Source: Squalus acanthias (taxonomy: Eukaryota). Taken from it: a stretch of DNA of 64,000 bases. A program made the translations under genes and the position numbers. Shown piece by piece: positions 36,831-49,919 of this stretch. The notes below the pieces were generated by a model. The model made no database searches, was not told the DNA's origin, and saw nothing but the letters and a program-made list of their open reading frames with translations. The DNA lies in assembly GCA_030390025.1 (NCBI GenBank), contig CM059425.1:173478001-173542000 (forward strand), given 5' to 3'. The first letter of the stretch is position 1. Every line of letters begins with the position of its first letter.

Positions 36831-39800
36831 AATTTTTACTTTTCGGCCTTCGAGAATGATCTCCCTCCCCTGCGCACTTCCCCCCTTCCCACCCTACTGC
36901 TCCTCCGTAATGTGGCTGCAGCAAGGCTGGTGGAAGGTTGCTGAATCTCGGACCCAGAGACTGCAGATGGCCTTGCAAGACGCCCTCGACCAGCTCTGGG
37001 CCTGGAGGGCCCAGCTGCAGACTGCACCAACTCTGCATGGGCGGCAGCAGTCTGGGCTGGCTGGGTTACAGGCTGTGGCAAGTGTAATGGCGGAGTGGCA
37101 GTGGTGGGAGCAGGAATGCTGTCATCCTGAGAGAGGACAGCACCTTCCTGCTCGACCGACACACTGCCACTCCCCGGGGCAGAACCTCAGCATTCGGAGC
37201 AATCTGCTCGAGCACAGGTTGCTGGCCTGCTGCGGCACCGTGAGATCCCCGGTGGACTGTGGGCGACCCAGCGACGATGGCAGCAGTCAGCACTTGCGTG
37301 GCATCAATCTGAGACTGCATGAGAGCAGTCTGAGACTGGATGGCACCAGCCATTGACTCGATTGCAGCACTAAGCCATTGCGTTGCATCGGCCTGTGCTG
37401 CAATAGGTCCTGCCACCTCACCCATTACACACGGCATGGGGTCTGGGTCCCCACGGTCTCTCTGCAAGTCAACCATCCTCTACAATGAGGCAAGGATGGG
37501 TTCAAGAGTTTGCGCACAGATGACAGCTGTGCTAGCGGCGGTCTCCTCCGCACTCCTAGCCAGTGCATCCATACTCTCAGGCACCCTTGCCATTGCACCC
37601 ATGAACTCCGTATGCATGCTCAGAGTCTGAGTATTCATGGCCGCTATATCGAGGTCCTCATTCGAGTCCTGTGCAGCAGAATTCGTGCGTGCACTCATCC
37701 TCCAGGGAGATGGCCTCCAAGCTTCCCTTTCCCCATGGCATTGCTGCAGCCCGCTGAGTCCCGGAGCTTCACCCACATCAGATCCAAACCCCCTGCTCCC
37801 CTCCAGTGAACGCGTGGCCCCAGTGCCGGAAGTGTCACCCTCGGGAGATGCAGGCGGTGAGGCTCCGGCTTCGTCTTCCTCCTCCTCTGGCACGTCACTG
37901 CCACTGGCAGGCTGAGGAACAGGCTGCTCAGCTAGTGGTTCACTATCTGAAAGCAGGAAGGTTCAAGAGTGGCTTTAACCTGAGGGCAGGGGGGCAGGAA
38001 GGGAACAAGGACTGGAGACAGTATAGTTAGATAGAAAGTGGGAAAGGTTGGTGTTGTGAGGGATAAGTGGTATGAGAGAGGAGAGAAAGCTGATTAACAT
38101 ACCATTGCTGTCCCCAAGGGGGTCGACCTCTCCAACGGCCACAGCACCTACTACATGGCTCGCAATGAGTCTGTGGACTCTGTCCTCCAATTCAGTGAGG
38201 GGTTGCAGCTCTGCCTGTCCTCCTCCCATCCGCTGTGGCTCTCTGCGGCTATGTGAAAACTTGGCCTGCAAGAAAAAGGACAGCGTGTGAGTGAGTGTGC
38301 AGCCATGTGTTTGGCAGATGTGCCTACCATAGTTGAATAGACATTAATGTGTGCAAGGTGTGGCATGTACATGTGACATTTATGAGATGGCCATAGTTGT
38401 TGGATGAGTAATGGGCATTTGGGTATTTACACCATCTGTGCACAGAGTGAGGTTGAGATGGTGGGATGTAGAGGTTCTGAAAAGCAGGTACTGACCCTGA
38501 CAACCCGAGTGAGGTCGTTGAACTTTTTACGACACTGTACGTGTCCTTTGGACCAGGCTCCACGATGACACATGCTGGGCTACCTCCCTCCAGACTCTTC
38601 TAAACTCGTGGGGAAATGGCCTCCTGCCAGTCTCTGGAAACAGCACTGCCCGTCACCGTTCCACAGCGCCAACCAGAGCCACCAATGCCTGGTCACTAAA
38701 GCAGTGAGCTCTCTCCTTGGGCCTCTGAGTATCCATCACAAATGGTTGAGGAATATTTAAAAATATGTACTTTCAGAAAAATACTTTCCAAAGTCCAGAT
38801 TCATTTTCTACCAGATATGAACAGAAACTATGGCAACCGTAACTTCAAGGCTGAAGCTTATCTTGCAGGCTGAGCTCAAACGCTGCAATGAGCAGGGTGT
38901 GGCTGTGCAGCAAGCTGGATCCTCCCCTTTAAGAACTGGACAGCGCCAGTCTGTCTGAGTACCAAGGTAATTGACATCGCCTGAGCTTCAGTAGCGTTCT
39001 GAGGTAGCGCCTCACTCCCTGATGTTAGTGCCCTAAGAGGGGTGTGTAGCGCTTGATTTAGCGCTCAAATCACCTCCAAGGGCGCTGGAGACAAATTTCG
39101 TGGTCGGCGGCGATAATTAGCGCCGGACGCTAAACTTTGTGCCCGGCCGATATTAGCGCCCCAAAATGGGCGATACCCAATTTTTCCCCCGTTGTGTGGT
39201 GAATTAAAAAAAAACAGCTGTCAGCAGAAAGGGTTAACTCCTTTGCAGGTTTGTAAGAAGGCGGGCACCATTTATATCAGTAAACTCCTGACCAAGAGTT
39301 CATGTTCCCCTTTTGTTTAATTTATTTCCATTGATGTCTCCTGCAGCGGTTTAATGACATCTGTGCCACAGACTTTGTGGTGTTTCCAGTCACAGACCCT
39401 CCAGATCTGAGCCTGTGCTTTAAGGCCCACTCACCAGGGAGTGAATCCCCTATGCGATCTGCAGGCTAGTGCACTGTCACTGCTCGCTGCAAGGTGGTGC
39501 ATCCCCATCCCCCTCCCCCTTCAGCACCATGGTGGAGCACAAACCTCCACACAGCAACCATCTGGGTGAAAGATCTGTGGAGCTGTGGCAGCCAGTGAAG
39601 GTGGACCCCACACAAGACCCAGACAAATGTCCGCGAAAGTAAGAGTGGAGCCGTGGACAAACAAATACCTCGTGATGTGCCACAGCGCACAATGCTCCAA
39701 CCCTACAAGGGCCATCAGCGGACTCGATAGCAACACCCAGGAGCCGTCATCAAATGATCCGACATAGCACATTGCCTGAGAAGGCCGCACTGATCCTTCA

Positions 39801-39992
39801 GACGCGACCTTCGGCCTCCTGCTGAGGTTAATGCAGAAAGAGCGAGTTGCACAACAGATTCTCCCCTCTGCTCATGTACGTTAGCGGGCAGCACCAAAAT
39901 ACCAGTGCTACCTGCGCTCAATTTGCGGGCGGCCGTTAGGCTTGGCCTGCGCTGTTACCGGTAGGTTTCCGGCCTGCTCGAATTTCTAGGCC

Positions 39993-42900
39993 AGTGTGTC
40001 AAATGTCTGCGCTTCACTAAGGACATCCTCACTGAAACCTGCCACCTGCTGAAGCCACAACAGCCTCAGCGCAGGGAGAGGACTGCATTACCAGTGGCTG
40101 TGAAGGTGACCTTGGCCATGAACTCTTATGTGTCGGGCTCCTTCCAGGCTGGAGCCAGAGATATTTGCAACATCTCCCAGCTTTCTGTGCACTGTTGCGT
40201 AAGGGAGGTCACTGAGGCTCTCTGTTGCAAGACAGCTGACTACATTTCATTCTGTCTTTCCAGAGAGCAGCAGGCGGAGTGGGCACGCGGCTTCGCGAGG
40301 ATTGCATTCTCCCACATGGTGCAGGGTGCCATTGACTGCACGCACGTCGCTTTGCGGGCACCGCATGTTAACTCTGAGATGTACCGCAAATGAAAGGGAT
40401 TCCACTCCCTAAAGGTCCAACTGGTGTGCGACCATACGCAGCGAATCATGCAGGTCAATGCCCGGTATCCTGGCAGCAGTCATGGTGCCCTCATTCTGCG
40501 GCATTCTGCTGGACCAACTGCATTTGAGCCACAACGACATAACAGAGGCTGGCTACTGGGCGACAAGGGCTATCCGTTGACAACATTGCTTATGACTCCG
40601 GGGCGCAACCCACGCACACGTGGGCAGCATTCATACAACGAAAGACATGTTGCCATACAAAATGTGATAGAGCAGACCATTGGTGTGTTGAAACAACGCT
40701 TCCGTTGCCTGGTCCACTCTGGAGAGCCCTGCAGTACTCGGCAGAGTGGGTGTCAAGATTTGTGGTGGTCTGCTGCATGCTGCACAACCTCGCCATCATG
40801 GGGGCACAACCCCTGCCACCAGCTATACAGCAACCAGCTGAGGAGCAGGAGGAGGAGGAACAGGAGGAGGAGGAGGAGGAAGAGGACAAGGAAGGGACAA
40901 GGCAACCTAGTCAGCCCCATTCTGGCTGGGCTGTCCGTGAATAACTCATCCAACTGTGATACCAGTAAATGCAACCCCAATTCCCTATTCATCAACAGTC
41001 CCACACCTTACCTTCCCTCTGTTACTGACCATCCTGGTCTGCTTGGCCAAAATGCAAAAATAAAGCCAACACAAAATAAACATTCCAAACCAAATTTATA
41101 AATCAAACCATGCCATATTGCATACAAACGTCAACTAATCACCCTTGTACATTTCCTTAGTGTCTGTCTTCCGTGTGCCTTTGCCTGTCCTAGTGCTCCT
41201 ATGCAGTGCTACCCCAGTGGCTGCAGCATGGCTGGTGGAAGGCTGCTGACTCTCAGTGGGAAGACTGCAGATGGCCTTGGAGGATGATTTCTAGCAGCTC
41301 TGGGCATCAAAATCCCAGCTTTGGACTGCACCATCTCGGCATGGGTGGCCTCAATCTTGGCAGACTGGCTGACAGGCAACAGCAAGGGCACTGGCGGAGT
41401 TGCTGGGGTGGGGGGACAAATGCTGTCACCCTGAGAGAGGACAGTAGGTTCGTGCTCCACGGAGCCACAGCCACTCCCCCCGGGGCAGTGCCTCAGCAAT
41501 CCTAGTAATCTGTTGGAGGACAGATTGCTGGACTGCTGTGACACCCAGCAAGCCTTTTTCCACACTAGTTTCTGCAGCCATGGTGGCAGCAGTCTGAGCT
41601 TCCACTGCAGCACTCAGATTTTGGGTGACTTCTGCTTGTGCTGCAATGGAAGCTGAGACATCGGTCATCGGACGCTGCATCATGGTTGATTCCACAAGTG
41701 TGCTGATGGAGTTGTCTACCAGTTTGACGCTGGAAAGGATGGGCTCCAAGCTCTGTGCGAAGTTCTGTGCAAGTTGATGCCGGACTCCTCCATGCTCCTT
41801 GACGTTGTGCACAGGCTTTCTGGCAGGCCCGCCCATCAGCCTACTTCTATAGCCTTTCCCATCAAAGTGCTCATCTGAGACCTCTGTAGCGGAAACCATG
41901 TACGACCTCGCCCTCCGGCGAGCTGGCACTTGCGCTACCCTTGCCCCCTGCCATGGCTGCAGTGCACTCGTGCCCGGTGTCTCGCCACGTGCAGATCCCG
42001 CCTTTAAGCTATCCTCTAAATTACGTGCAGTGTCAGTATCTGAGCTGGTGACTGCGAGTGTGAAATCGAGTGATGGTGTTTCTTCATCATCACTGTCTTC
42101 TTGCTCTTCCACCTGTTGCTATTTCACCACTGCGTGGCCAGGTTGCAGTTCTTGGATATCTGAAAGGAGAAAGGCACGAGTGTAGGGTTGTGGTGAGGGG
42201 AGGGGGGGGAAGTAAGAGTGCATGCTTACACCATCTGCAGCTTGTAAAACAGAAGAGATTGTGGGATGAGGGAGAAGTGGGATCTGAGAAGGAGGATTAG
42301 GTATGAGGATACCATCATCTTGGATGGTTTCAGCCCTGCCACTGGCCACGACCTCAGCAATGGCTGCTCCAATGATGTGCTCTATCCACTGTCTCCTCCA
42401 TGGGGGCTAGGACATGCAGGCGTGCCTGACCTGGCCAGTTAGCTCCTGCTGCCTCCAGTTGTGTGCCACCTTGTCCTGCAAGAGAGAGGGAAATGTGTTT
42501 GTGCGTGTGGAACAATGTGTTTGGGTGATGTGCCTGTCATGGTTGACTAGCTGGCAGTGTGTGCAAGCTATGAGATGTGGGTGTGAGGCTTGCAGCAACG
42601 TTAAGTGGGTGAGGTGAAGCTATGAATGTGAGGTATGAGTCCTGATTGATAGAGATTGTTGGTAGGTGAGTGATGGGGGTGTGGTGCATTGAGCAGTGGC
42701 TGAGGCTAGTGGTGCAGTTGGTGGAATATGGCATTTGAAGATACATTCACTGACCTTGACCACCGTGTGAGGTCATTGAACATTTTGCGGCACTGCATCC
42801 AGGTCCTCAGGGCTTCACTCCTGGCACTGAACACCACGCTATCTGGTCCCACTGCCTTCTGAGAGTTTATCTGGAGGGCCTACATAGATACATAGATACA

Positions 42901-43815
42901 TAGAAGATAGGAGCAGGAGTAGGCCATCCGGCCCTTCGAGCCTGCTCCGCCATTTAATGAGATCATGGCTGATCCTCCAATTCAGTATCCCGTCCCCGCC
43001 TTCTCTCCGTAACCCTTAACCCCTTTTGCCTGTAGAAATATATCTAATTCCCTCTTAAATATATTTAATGAGCTGGCGTACACTGCCCTCTGTGGCAATG
43101 AGTTCCACAGGTTCACCACCCTCTGAGTGAAGAAATTCCCCCTCATTTCTGTCCTAAATGGTTTAGCCCTTATCCTTAAATTATGTCCTCTAGTTCTGTT
43201 CTCACCCGCCAAGGGAAACATTCCTTCTGCATCTAGCCTGTCTAGACCTGTCAGAATTTTATACACTTCTATGAGGTCCCCTCTCAATCTTCTAAACTCC
43301 AGTGTGTACATCCCTAAACTACATAGTCTCTCCTCATAGGTCAATCCCGCCATTCCTGGTATCAGCCTGGTGAATCGCCGCTGCACCCCCTCCATGGCAA
43401 GAACTGTTCCCCTATGGATAGAGCACATCTCTCCTCCTCGCCGCTTCCTCCACCAAGGCCCCCAGTGCAGCGTCGGAAAATCTTGGATCCACACTCTGCC
43501 ATGTTGTGCCATTATTTAGTCTTTTTCCAGGTCAGAATGAGTTCCACAACGACTTCCAGTACCTGCTCCAGCCACAATGCACTTACGCTTTAAGAGGGGA
43601 GGCTGGCTTTAAGTGGTGCTAGCCTTTTACAATTTTTGTCCCCCTGCTGAGCTAGGCACCCACTCAACAGTGCGTTTACTGCTGGCTGCACGCTGCAATC
43701 ATGTTAATTAGCAGGCAGCATGAAGTTGGCGTGCTGCCTGCATCGGATACGAGTGCGGGTTAATCCCGCATAGCGATCTCCATGCCCGTTTTGGGGCCCT
43801 GTGCAATTTAGCCCC
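39993..43815. mobile_element. Decayed two-gene Harbinger element of a related family (transposase +, Myb-like -)
   Basis: Transposase pseudogene ~39995-40965 (GAIDCTHV, LLGDKGY, IEQTIGVLKQRFRCL, with stops); Myb-like exons 41200-43505; right end AATTTAGCCCC at 43805-43815; left side abuts another element end AATTTCTAGGCC (39981-39992). Confidence 0.85.
42881..43404 (-). mobile_element. CR1 3' fragment inserted in Harbinger Myb exon 1
   Basis: VLAMEGVQRRFTRL...GYGEKAGTGY; (TATCTATG)n tail. Confidence 0.9.
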
Positions 43816-44705
43816 GCATAGGTTCTCCAGCAATTGGCAAGTTTGTGCCTGCCTGTTATGTGTAGCCTTGCAGCAAGCAGAGATAAGATGTGAAGTTTTG
43901 AAGTACATATACTTACAGCCATGTATAGAGGCATGTTGCATGCCATACTATTTATGCTTACATGTACATGTATTTTGCTGCCACATTGAGATGAAAGGAA
44001 TGTTTCAGGATAAACCCCTGTAAGAATGTGAGTGAAAGAAGAGTTACAAGGGATTACTTGCTAGTGCAAAGTGTTCTCTGCTGCTAATGTGCATCCTTGG
44101 TATTCATTAAAAGTACGGTAAGGTAGAAATAGTGCCTTAGCTACCTGATGAAGTCTCTAAGCTTTCTCCTTGCTTGTATCCATGTCCTCTGGGTATTGCA
44201 TTGAGCATTAACATGCTCATCTATCTACAACCATGAACTTTGTGATGCTATTCTGGGCCGTTTGTGCCCTGTAGTGCCAAAAATGGCCATTCTCTTTTGC
44301 CTAATTTGATTCAGTAACACTTCAATTGAAGCATCAGTAAATATTGGAGTATATGCTGCAGCCCACCTGTCTCCTCCATCCAAAGGCTGAAGCTAAATTG
44401 ATGTTGTAGCTTTCTCCTTTGGATAAAAAGCCTTCCCCCTTTAAGATGCTGCAGTAAGTCTTTAAATCCTACAGCAGCCATAAAATCCACCCCACAACTA
44501 GCAAGCTGCTTTTATCAGGCATTGGTTACCCTGGGAGAACAATGGAAACAATATGATAAGACTGAACCCAGCAGTGGCAGCGAAGTCAACACTCAACCAA
44601 TGTAGCCATGTCTGCCTCATACCCATTCTGGTCTCAGATTGGAAAATCCCTACTTATAGATGACAGAAGTGAAAAAAGTGTCCTATTCTCCATTATTCAT
44701 ATGCT

Positions 44706-47469
44706 GGGGTACGGTAGTGTAGTGGTTATGTTACTGGACTAGTAATCCAGAAGCCTGGACTAATGATCCAGAGACTAGTTCAAATCCCACCACGGCAGCT
44801 GTGGGGAATTTAAATTCAGTTAATTAAATAAATCTGGAATAAAAAAGCTTATATCAGTAATAAAACTATCGGATTGTCATTAAAACCCATCTGGTTCACG
44901 AATGTCCTTTAGGGAAGGAAATCTGCCGTCCTTACCCAGTCTGGCCTATATTTGACTCCAGACCCACAGCAATGTGGTTGACTCTTAACTGCCATCTGAA
45001 ATGGCCTAGCAAGCCATTCAGTTGTACCAAACTGCTAGGAGAAACAATACTAAGAATAAAACCGGATGGACCACCCGGCATCGACCTAGGCACCGGACAC
45101 AACAACGGCACACCCAGCCCAGTCAACACTGCAAAGTCCTTCTCACTAGCATCTGGGGACTTGGGCAAAAATTGGGAGAGCTGTCCCACAGACTAGTCAA
45201 GCAACAGCCTGTCATTGTCATACTCACAGAATCATATTTTTCAGTCAATGTCCCAGATTCCTCCATCACCATCCCCATGGTATGTACTGTCAACCAGCAG
45301 GACAGACCCACCAGAGGTGGTAGCACAGTGATATACAGTCGGGAGGGAGTGACCCTGTGAGACCTCAATATTGACTCTGGACCCAATGATGTCTCATGAC
45401 ATCAGGTCAAACAAAGGCAAGGAAACTTCCGGCTGATGACCACCTACCGCCCTCCCTCAGCTGATGAATCAGTACTCCTCCATGTTGAACACTACTTGGA
45501 AGAAGCACTGAGGGTAGCAAGGGCACAGAGCGTAATCTGGGTGGGGGACTTCAAAGTCCATCACCAAGAGTGGCTCAGTAGCTTGGTTGAGTGGCTCAGT
45601 ACATAGCTGCCAGACTGGGCCTGCGGCAGGTGGTGAGAGAACCAACACAAAGGAAAAACCTGCTTGACCTCATCTTCACCAATCTACCTGTCGCAGGTGC
45701 ATCTGTCCATGACAGTGTTGATGGAGCGACTACTGCACAGTCCTTGTGGAGACGAAGTACCGTCTTCAAACTGAGGACACCCTCCATTGTGTTGTGTGGC
45801 ACTACCACCGTGCTAAATGGTATAGATTCAGAACAGATCTCGCAGCTCAAATCTGGGCATCCATGATGCGCTATGGGCCATCAGCAGTAGCAAAATTGCA
45901 TTCCACCACAATCTGTAACTTCATGGCACAGCAGATCACTCACTCTACCATTACCATCAAGCCAGGGGAGCAACCATGGTTCAATGAAGAGTGTAGGAGC
46001 AGCACCAGGCATACCTAAAAATGAGGTGCCAACCTGGTGAAGCTACAACACAGGACTACATGCATGCTAAAAAGCAGAAGCAGCATGCTATACACAGAGC
46101 TAAGCGATCCCACAACCAACGGATAAGATCAAAGATCTGCAGTCCAACCATATCCAGTCATGAATGGTGGTGGACAATTAAACAACTAACGTGAGGAGGA
46201 GGCTCCACAAACATCCCCATCTTCAATGATGGCGGTGGCCAACGCATGAGTGCAAAAGGCAAGGCTGGAGAGTTCGCAATCAACTTCATCCAGAAGTGCT
46301 GAGTGGGTGATCCATCTCGGCCTGCTCCTGAGGTCCCCACCATCACAAAAGCCAGTCTTCAGCCAATTCGATTCACTCCGCGTGATATCAAGAAACAGCT
46401 GAGCCCCGACATTATCAATGACCTTCCCTCCATCATAAGGTCAGAAGTGGGGATGTTCTCTGATGATTACACAGTGTTCAGTTCCATTCACAACTCCTTA
46501 GATAATGCCCACATGTAGCAAGACCTAGACGACTTTCAGGCTAGGGCTGATAAGTGGCAAGTAACAATCGTGCCACACAAGTGCAAGGCAGTGACCACCT
46601 CCAACAAGACAGAGTCTAATCACCGCCCCTTGACATTCAACGGCATTACCATCGCTGAATCTCCCACCATCAACATCCTGGGGGTCACCATTGACCAGAA
46701 GCTTAACTGGACCAACCACATAAATGCTGTGGCTGCAACAGCAGGTCAGAGGCTGGGTATTCTGCGGCGAGTGACTCACCTCTTGACCAATGAATTGTTA
46801 AGCTGCGCCCGATCTGCAGGTCCCGCGCAGGCCGCTCAATGGCGTTATAATGGAAAAAAATGCGCATGTGCGGTAATTTGAATGGGCCATGCAGCCCCTT
46901 AAAGGGGCTGCGCACCCAAAAAGAATTAGCGGGAATATTGCTCTTGTCTCCCAAAAGCCTTTCCATCATCTACAAGGCACAAGTTAGGAGTGTGATGAGT
47001 GCAGCTCCAACAACACTCAAGAAGCTCGACACCATCCAGGACAAAGCAGCCCGCTTAATTGGCACTCATTCCACCACCTTAAACATTCACTCTCTCCACC
47101 ACCGGCGTACCGTGGCTGCAGTGTGTACCATCTACAAGATGTACTGCAGCAACTCGCCAAGGCTTCTCCGGCAGCACCTCCCGAACCCACAACCTCTACC
47201 GCCTAGAAGGACAATAACAGCAGGCGCATGAGAACACCACCACTTCCAAGTTCCCCTCCAAGTCATACACCATCCTGACTTGGAAATATATCGCCATTTC
47301 TTCATCGTCGCTGGGTCAAAATCCTGGAACTCCCTCCCTAACAGCACTGTGGGAGTACCTTCACCACATGGACTGCAGTGGTTCAAGAAGGCGGCTCACC
47401 ACCACCTTCTCAAGCGCAATTAGGGATGGGCAGTAAATGCTGGCCATGCCATGAACAAATTTTTAAAAA
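44706..47469 (+). mobile_element. LINE-X copy with tRNA-derived 5' head, endonuclease and internally deleted RT
   Basis: A box TAGTGTAGTGG 44715-44725, B box GTTCAAATCC 44778-44787; IWGL..KLGELSHRLVKQQP.IVILTES and GDF endonuclease motifs; RT core deleted near 46410 relative to 24840-25440; ~155-bp insert at 46786-46940. Confidence 0.82.
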
Positions 47470-48264
47470 CTTGATAATCTTATGTGCTGATGAATTACAA
47501 AACAACGTAAAAAGGGAGTTGGTTCAGATAAATTCATATTCAGTGATGTAGGATGGGGTTTCGGTACACAGTGGGATCAAGGGTCGGGAGTTGCAGATTG
47601 AAAAATCACTGGTAGCAATGTGAGGGTCAATGAGAGCTATGGTGGGAGGCTTGAAACCAGCCATTGTACCACCAGGGAAATCAAACAGAGCAGGAGGAGG
47701 GGCATGTAGGCTGAGGCCTGAAATCGAGTGGCAACCCACCATATCCATCAGGGGAAACTAATAGGGCAGGTGGCCATGGGTAGACTGTGGCCTCAGGCTC
47801 GAAATTAGGGGATTACAAATGGGTTGGCAATAGGGGGAGGCCCACAAACAGGTGGGAGGTGTTCCTGTTTACCCCGTTTATTGGGTGAAAAACCCAAAAT
47901 TTAGGTTTTAAAGACCCAATAATCAGAGGGAAAATACACAAAAATTAGATTAAAAAAACAAAATGGTGGTAGACCGGGACCGCTCATGCTACAGAGCCAA
48001 CAACATTGCCCATGGCAGTGAAAGTAACTATGCGTTTAATTTTTTTGCCTTGGGCTCTATCCAGGTTGCAGCAGGTGACCTCAGTCAAAGCCAGAGCTCT
48101 CTGGATGACTAGAGATTAAAATGAAACAGAGAAAGGAAGCTTATGATAAATGTCAAATTCATAATTCAGATGAGAACCAAGCTGAATACAAGAAGTACAG
48201 GGGAGAACTAAAAAAGGAAATAAGAGGGGAAAAGAGAGTGTATGAGAATAGATTAGCGGGTAAC

Positions 48265-48800
48265 TGTCAAAGTTTCGACTTCCGAGTAAGACTCTTGAAA
48301 CATAAAGTATCGTCAAGGCAGGCTTTATTATTTACTTGCTTGCAAGGAGAATGCAACCGTAGTCAAATAGCTACGATGACACACTGAAAAATCACAGAAA
48401 ATGGAACATTCTTATACACTGATAATACAAGCTTTCCTTATCACATGACATGGTAAGCTAAGTTAAAAGTTAAAAAACACATAAGAAATGCCTTACGATG
48501 AGACTAGCTAATCTCTACAAAATGGAGTCTATCTATCTGTTCTTCTTCTCCCTTCAAGGCCAAGGCACCTGGCTGTTTACTTCACTAGTCCTTGGTTATC
48601 TCAAGTTGATTAGAAGAAGCCTTTCTTTTCTCTGTACTAGCAGACTATGAATACAGCATAGTCTGCAAAGTTTAAATTCATCTCCATGAGAAGTCATAAA
48701 CATCTTTATCTTTTCCCAAACAAGTCAGAGTCGGCCATTTTGTATCACTCTTTGTGTCTAGGAAGCCATTTTGTGTCCGAGACAAAAATGCACTTCCACA
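48265..48800 (-). repeat. ERV 3' LTR (536 bp)
   Basis: Direct repeat of 56554-57051 + 61896-61942; minus-strand AATAAA near 48325 and TATAA near 48413. Confidence 0.95.
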
Positions 48801-48813
48801 TTCCCCCCTTTTT
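48801..48813 (-). promoter_or_regulatory. Polypurine tract
   Basis: AAAAAGGGGGGAA directly before the TG of the 3' LTR on the minus strand. Confidence 0.9.
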
Positions 48814-49090
48814 GTCCTTCTAGGACAAAATAGCTCAATTTAACCCTTTCGGTTTTTCCTGTCGGTTCCTGTACCAAATTTGGATTTTGGCCAGGGATGC
48901 CAACTTCTTTTCTGTTTTAACCATCCTCGGGATTATACCTGTATTGATGGCTGACCTTATTTAAGATCGTCTCTCCTTTCTGTCTATCCTTAGGGTTGGG
49001 CATGTAATTCTTTCAATTCTAATTTGTCCAGTCTTAATTTTGGCCACTGTAACTGGCATCATCTTGGTCATCTAATCCTTAAAAATTTAT

Positions 49091-49919
49091 CTAACCCAAT
49101 CGCCTTAGCTCTTCCCCTAGGGGACTGTCCTTCTCTTCTTCTTCATTTACTTCCCTCTGTACCATTACTCTTATAGCTAACATTTCAGCACTCATTTCGG
49201 ACAATCCTTCCTCAGTTTCATTTGCCACTTTTTCTATCAGATCTGCTAGCTCGTTTACTTCTCCCATTAACTTCCCTATTCCGTATGGGGCTATTAATAC
49301 TCCAAAGACGCTTTCATAAGTTGCTATCTCTCTTTTACTTCTTTGGAATTCATAATGTTCTCCTATATTGTCTAAAATGTGGATATAAGGTACTACATAA
49401 CCCAAATAGCAGGACCCTGTCCAGTTATGTGGCAACCATGGATAAGCCTTGTTCCCGCATATAAAATAGGTACAATTATAGGCCGTCAAGTTACCCTCTC
49501 CTCCCATCCATATTCGGATAGGGTCGCCTGCCCAGGGGGACCTACTGGTTTTATTATTTACTCTAGTCCAGTCAAATTGAAAAAAATCCCTGCTCAAGCA
49601 GGCCAGGAATTGATGGTTGCCACATGACTGTTTGATTACAGGAACTCTCTCCGACTTTCTTTTCATCCTGCATCCTGCTTACTGCAGCCTGCTTTTTAAA
49701 ACATAATGCCCCTTGTGGTCTACCGACTCCTGAGGTATTAGTTAATACAAGAAACGGGGGTGTTCGAGGATGATTATAATTGGGCTGAGCATGCTCGTAA
49801 GACATGTACAAGAAAGTGTTAACGTGTAATTCCCGTTTATTTCGGGATCCTTCCCCACCTCTTTGGCATGTCATGCGTATCAGTCCGATTAATATGCAAA
49901 ATATAAGTAACAGCTTCAT
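49091..49919 (-). pseudogene. env: Gamma-type retroviral envelope, frameshifted, internally deleted and truncated before the immunosuppressive domain
   Basis: Signal peptide MKLLLIFCILIGL, YFICGNKAYPWLPHNWTGSCYLG, furin site RSKR, fusion peptide, heptad ending AIRVMVQ; no CX6CC or transmembrane anchor. Confidence 0.88.

Larger units (their letters stand above)
33691..39190. mobile_element. Older decayed two-gene Harbinger element with L2 and LTR insertions
   Basis: Ends GGGGAAAAAATT / AATTTTTCCCCC; transposase 5' remnant 35035-35490 (+); Myb-like exons ~38725-38498, 38265-38100, 37945-36836 (-) with frameshifts; TSD not matched. Confidence 0.85.

Noticed and set aside
43820..44700. Possible host exons in non-repeat-looking stretches (also 24130-24570, 31660-32050, 47470-48080)
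   Set aside because: No convincing ORF or splice-bounded coding segment; cannot be excluded without homology or RNA data.
44706..44795. Functional tRNA gene (also 17815-17886)
   Set aside because: No intact cloverleaf or terminator; both continue into retroposon bodies.
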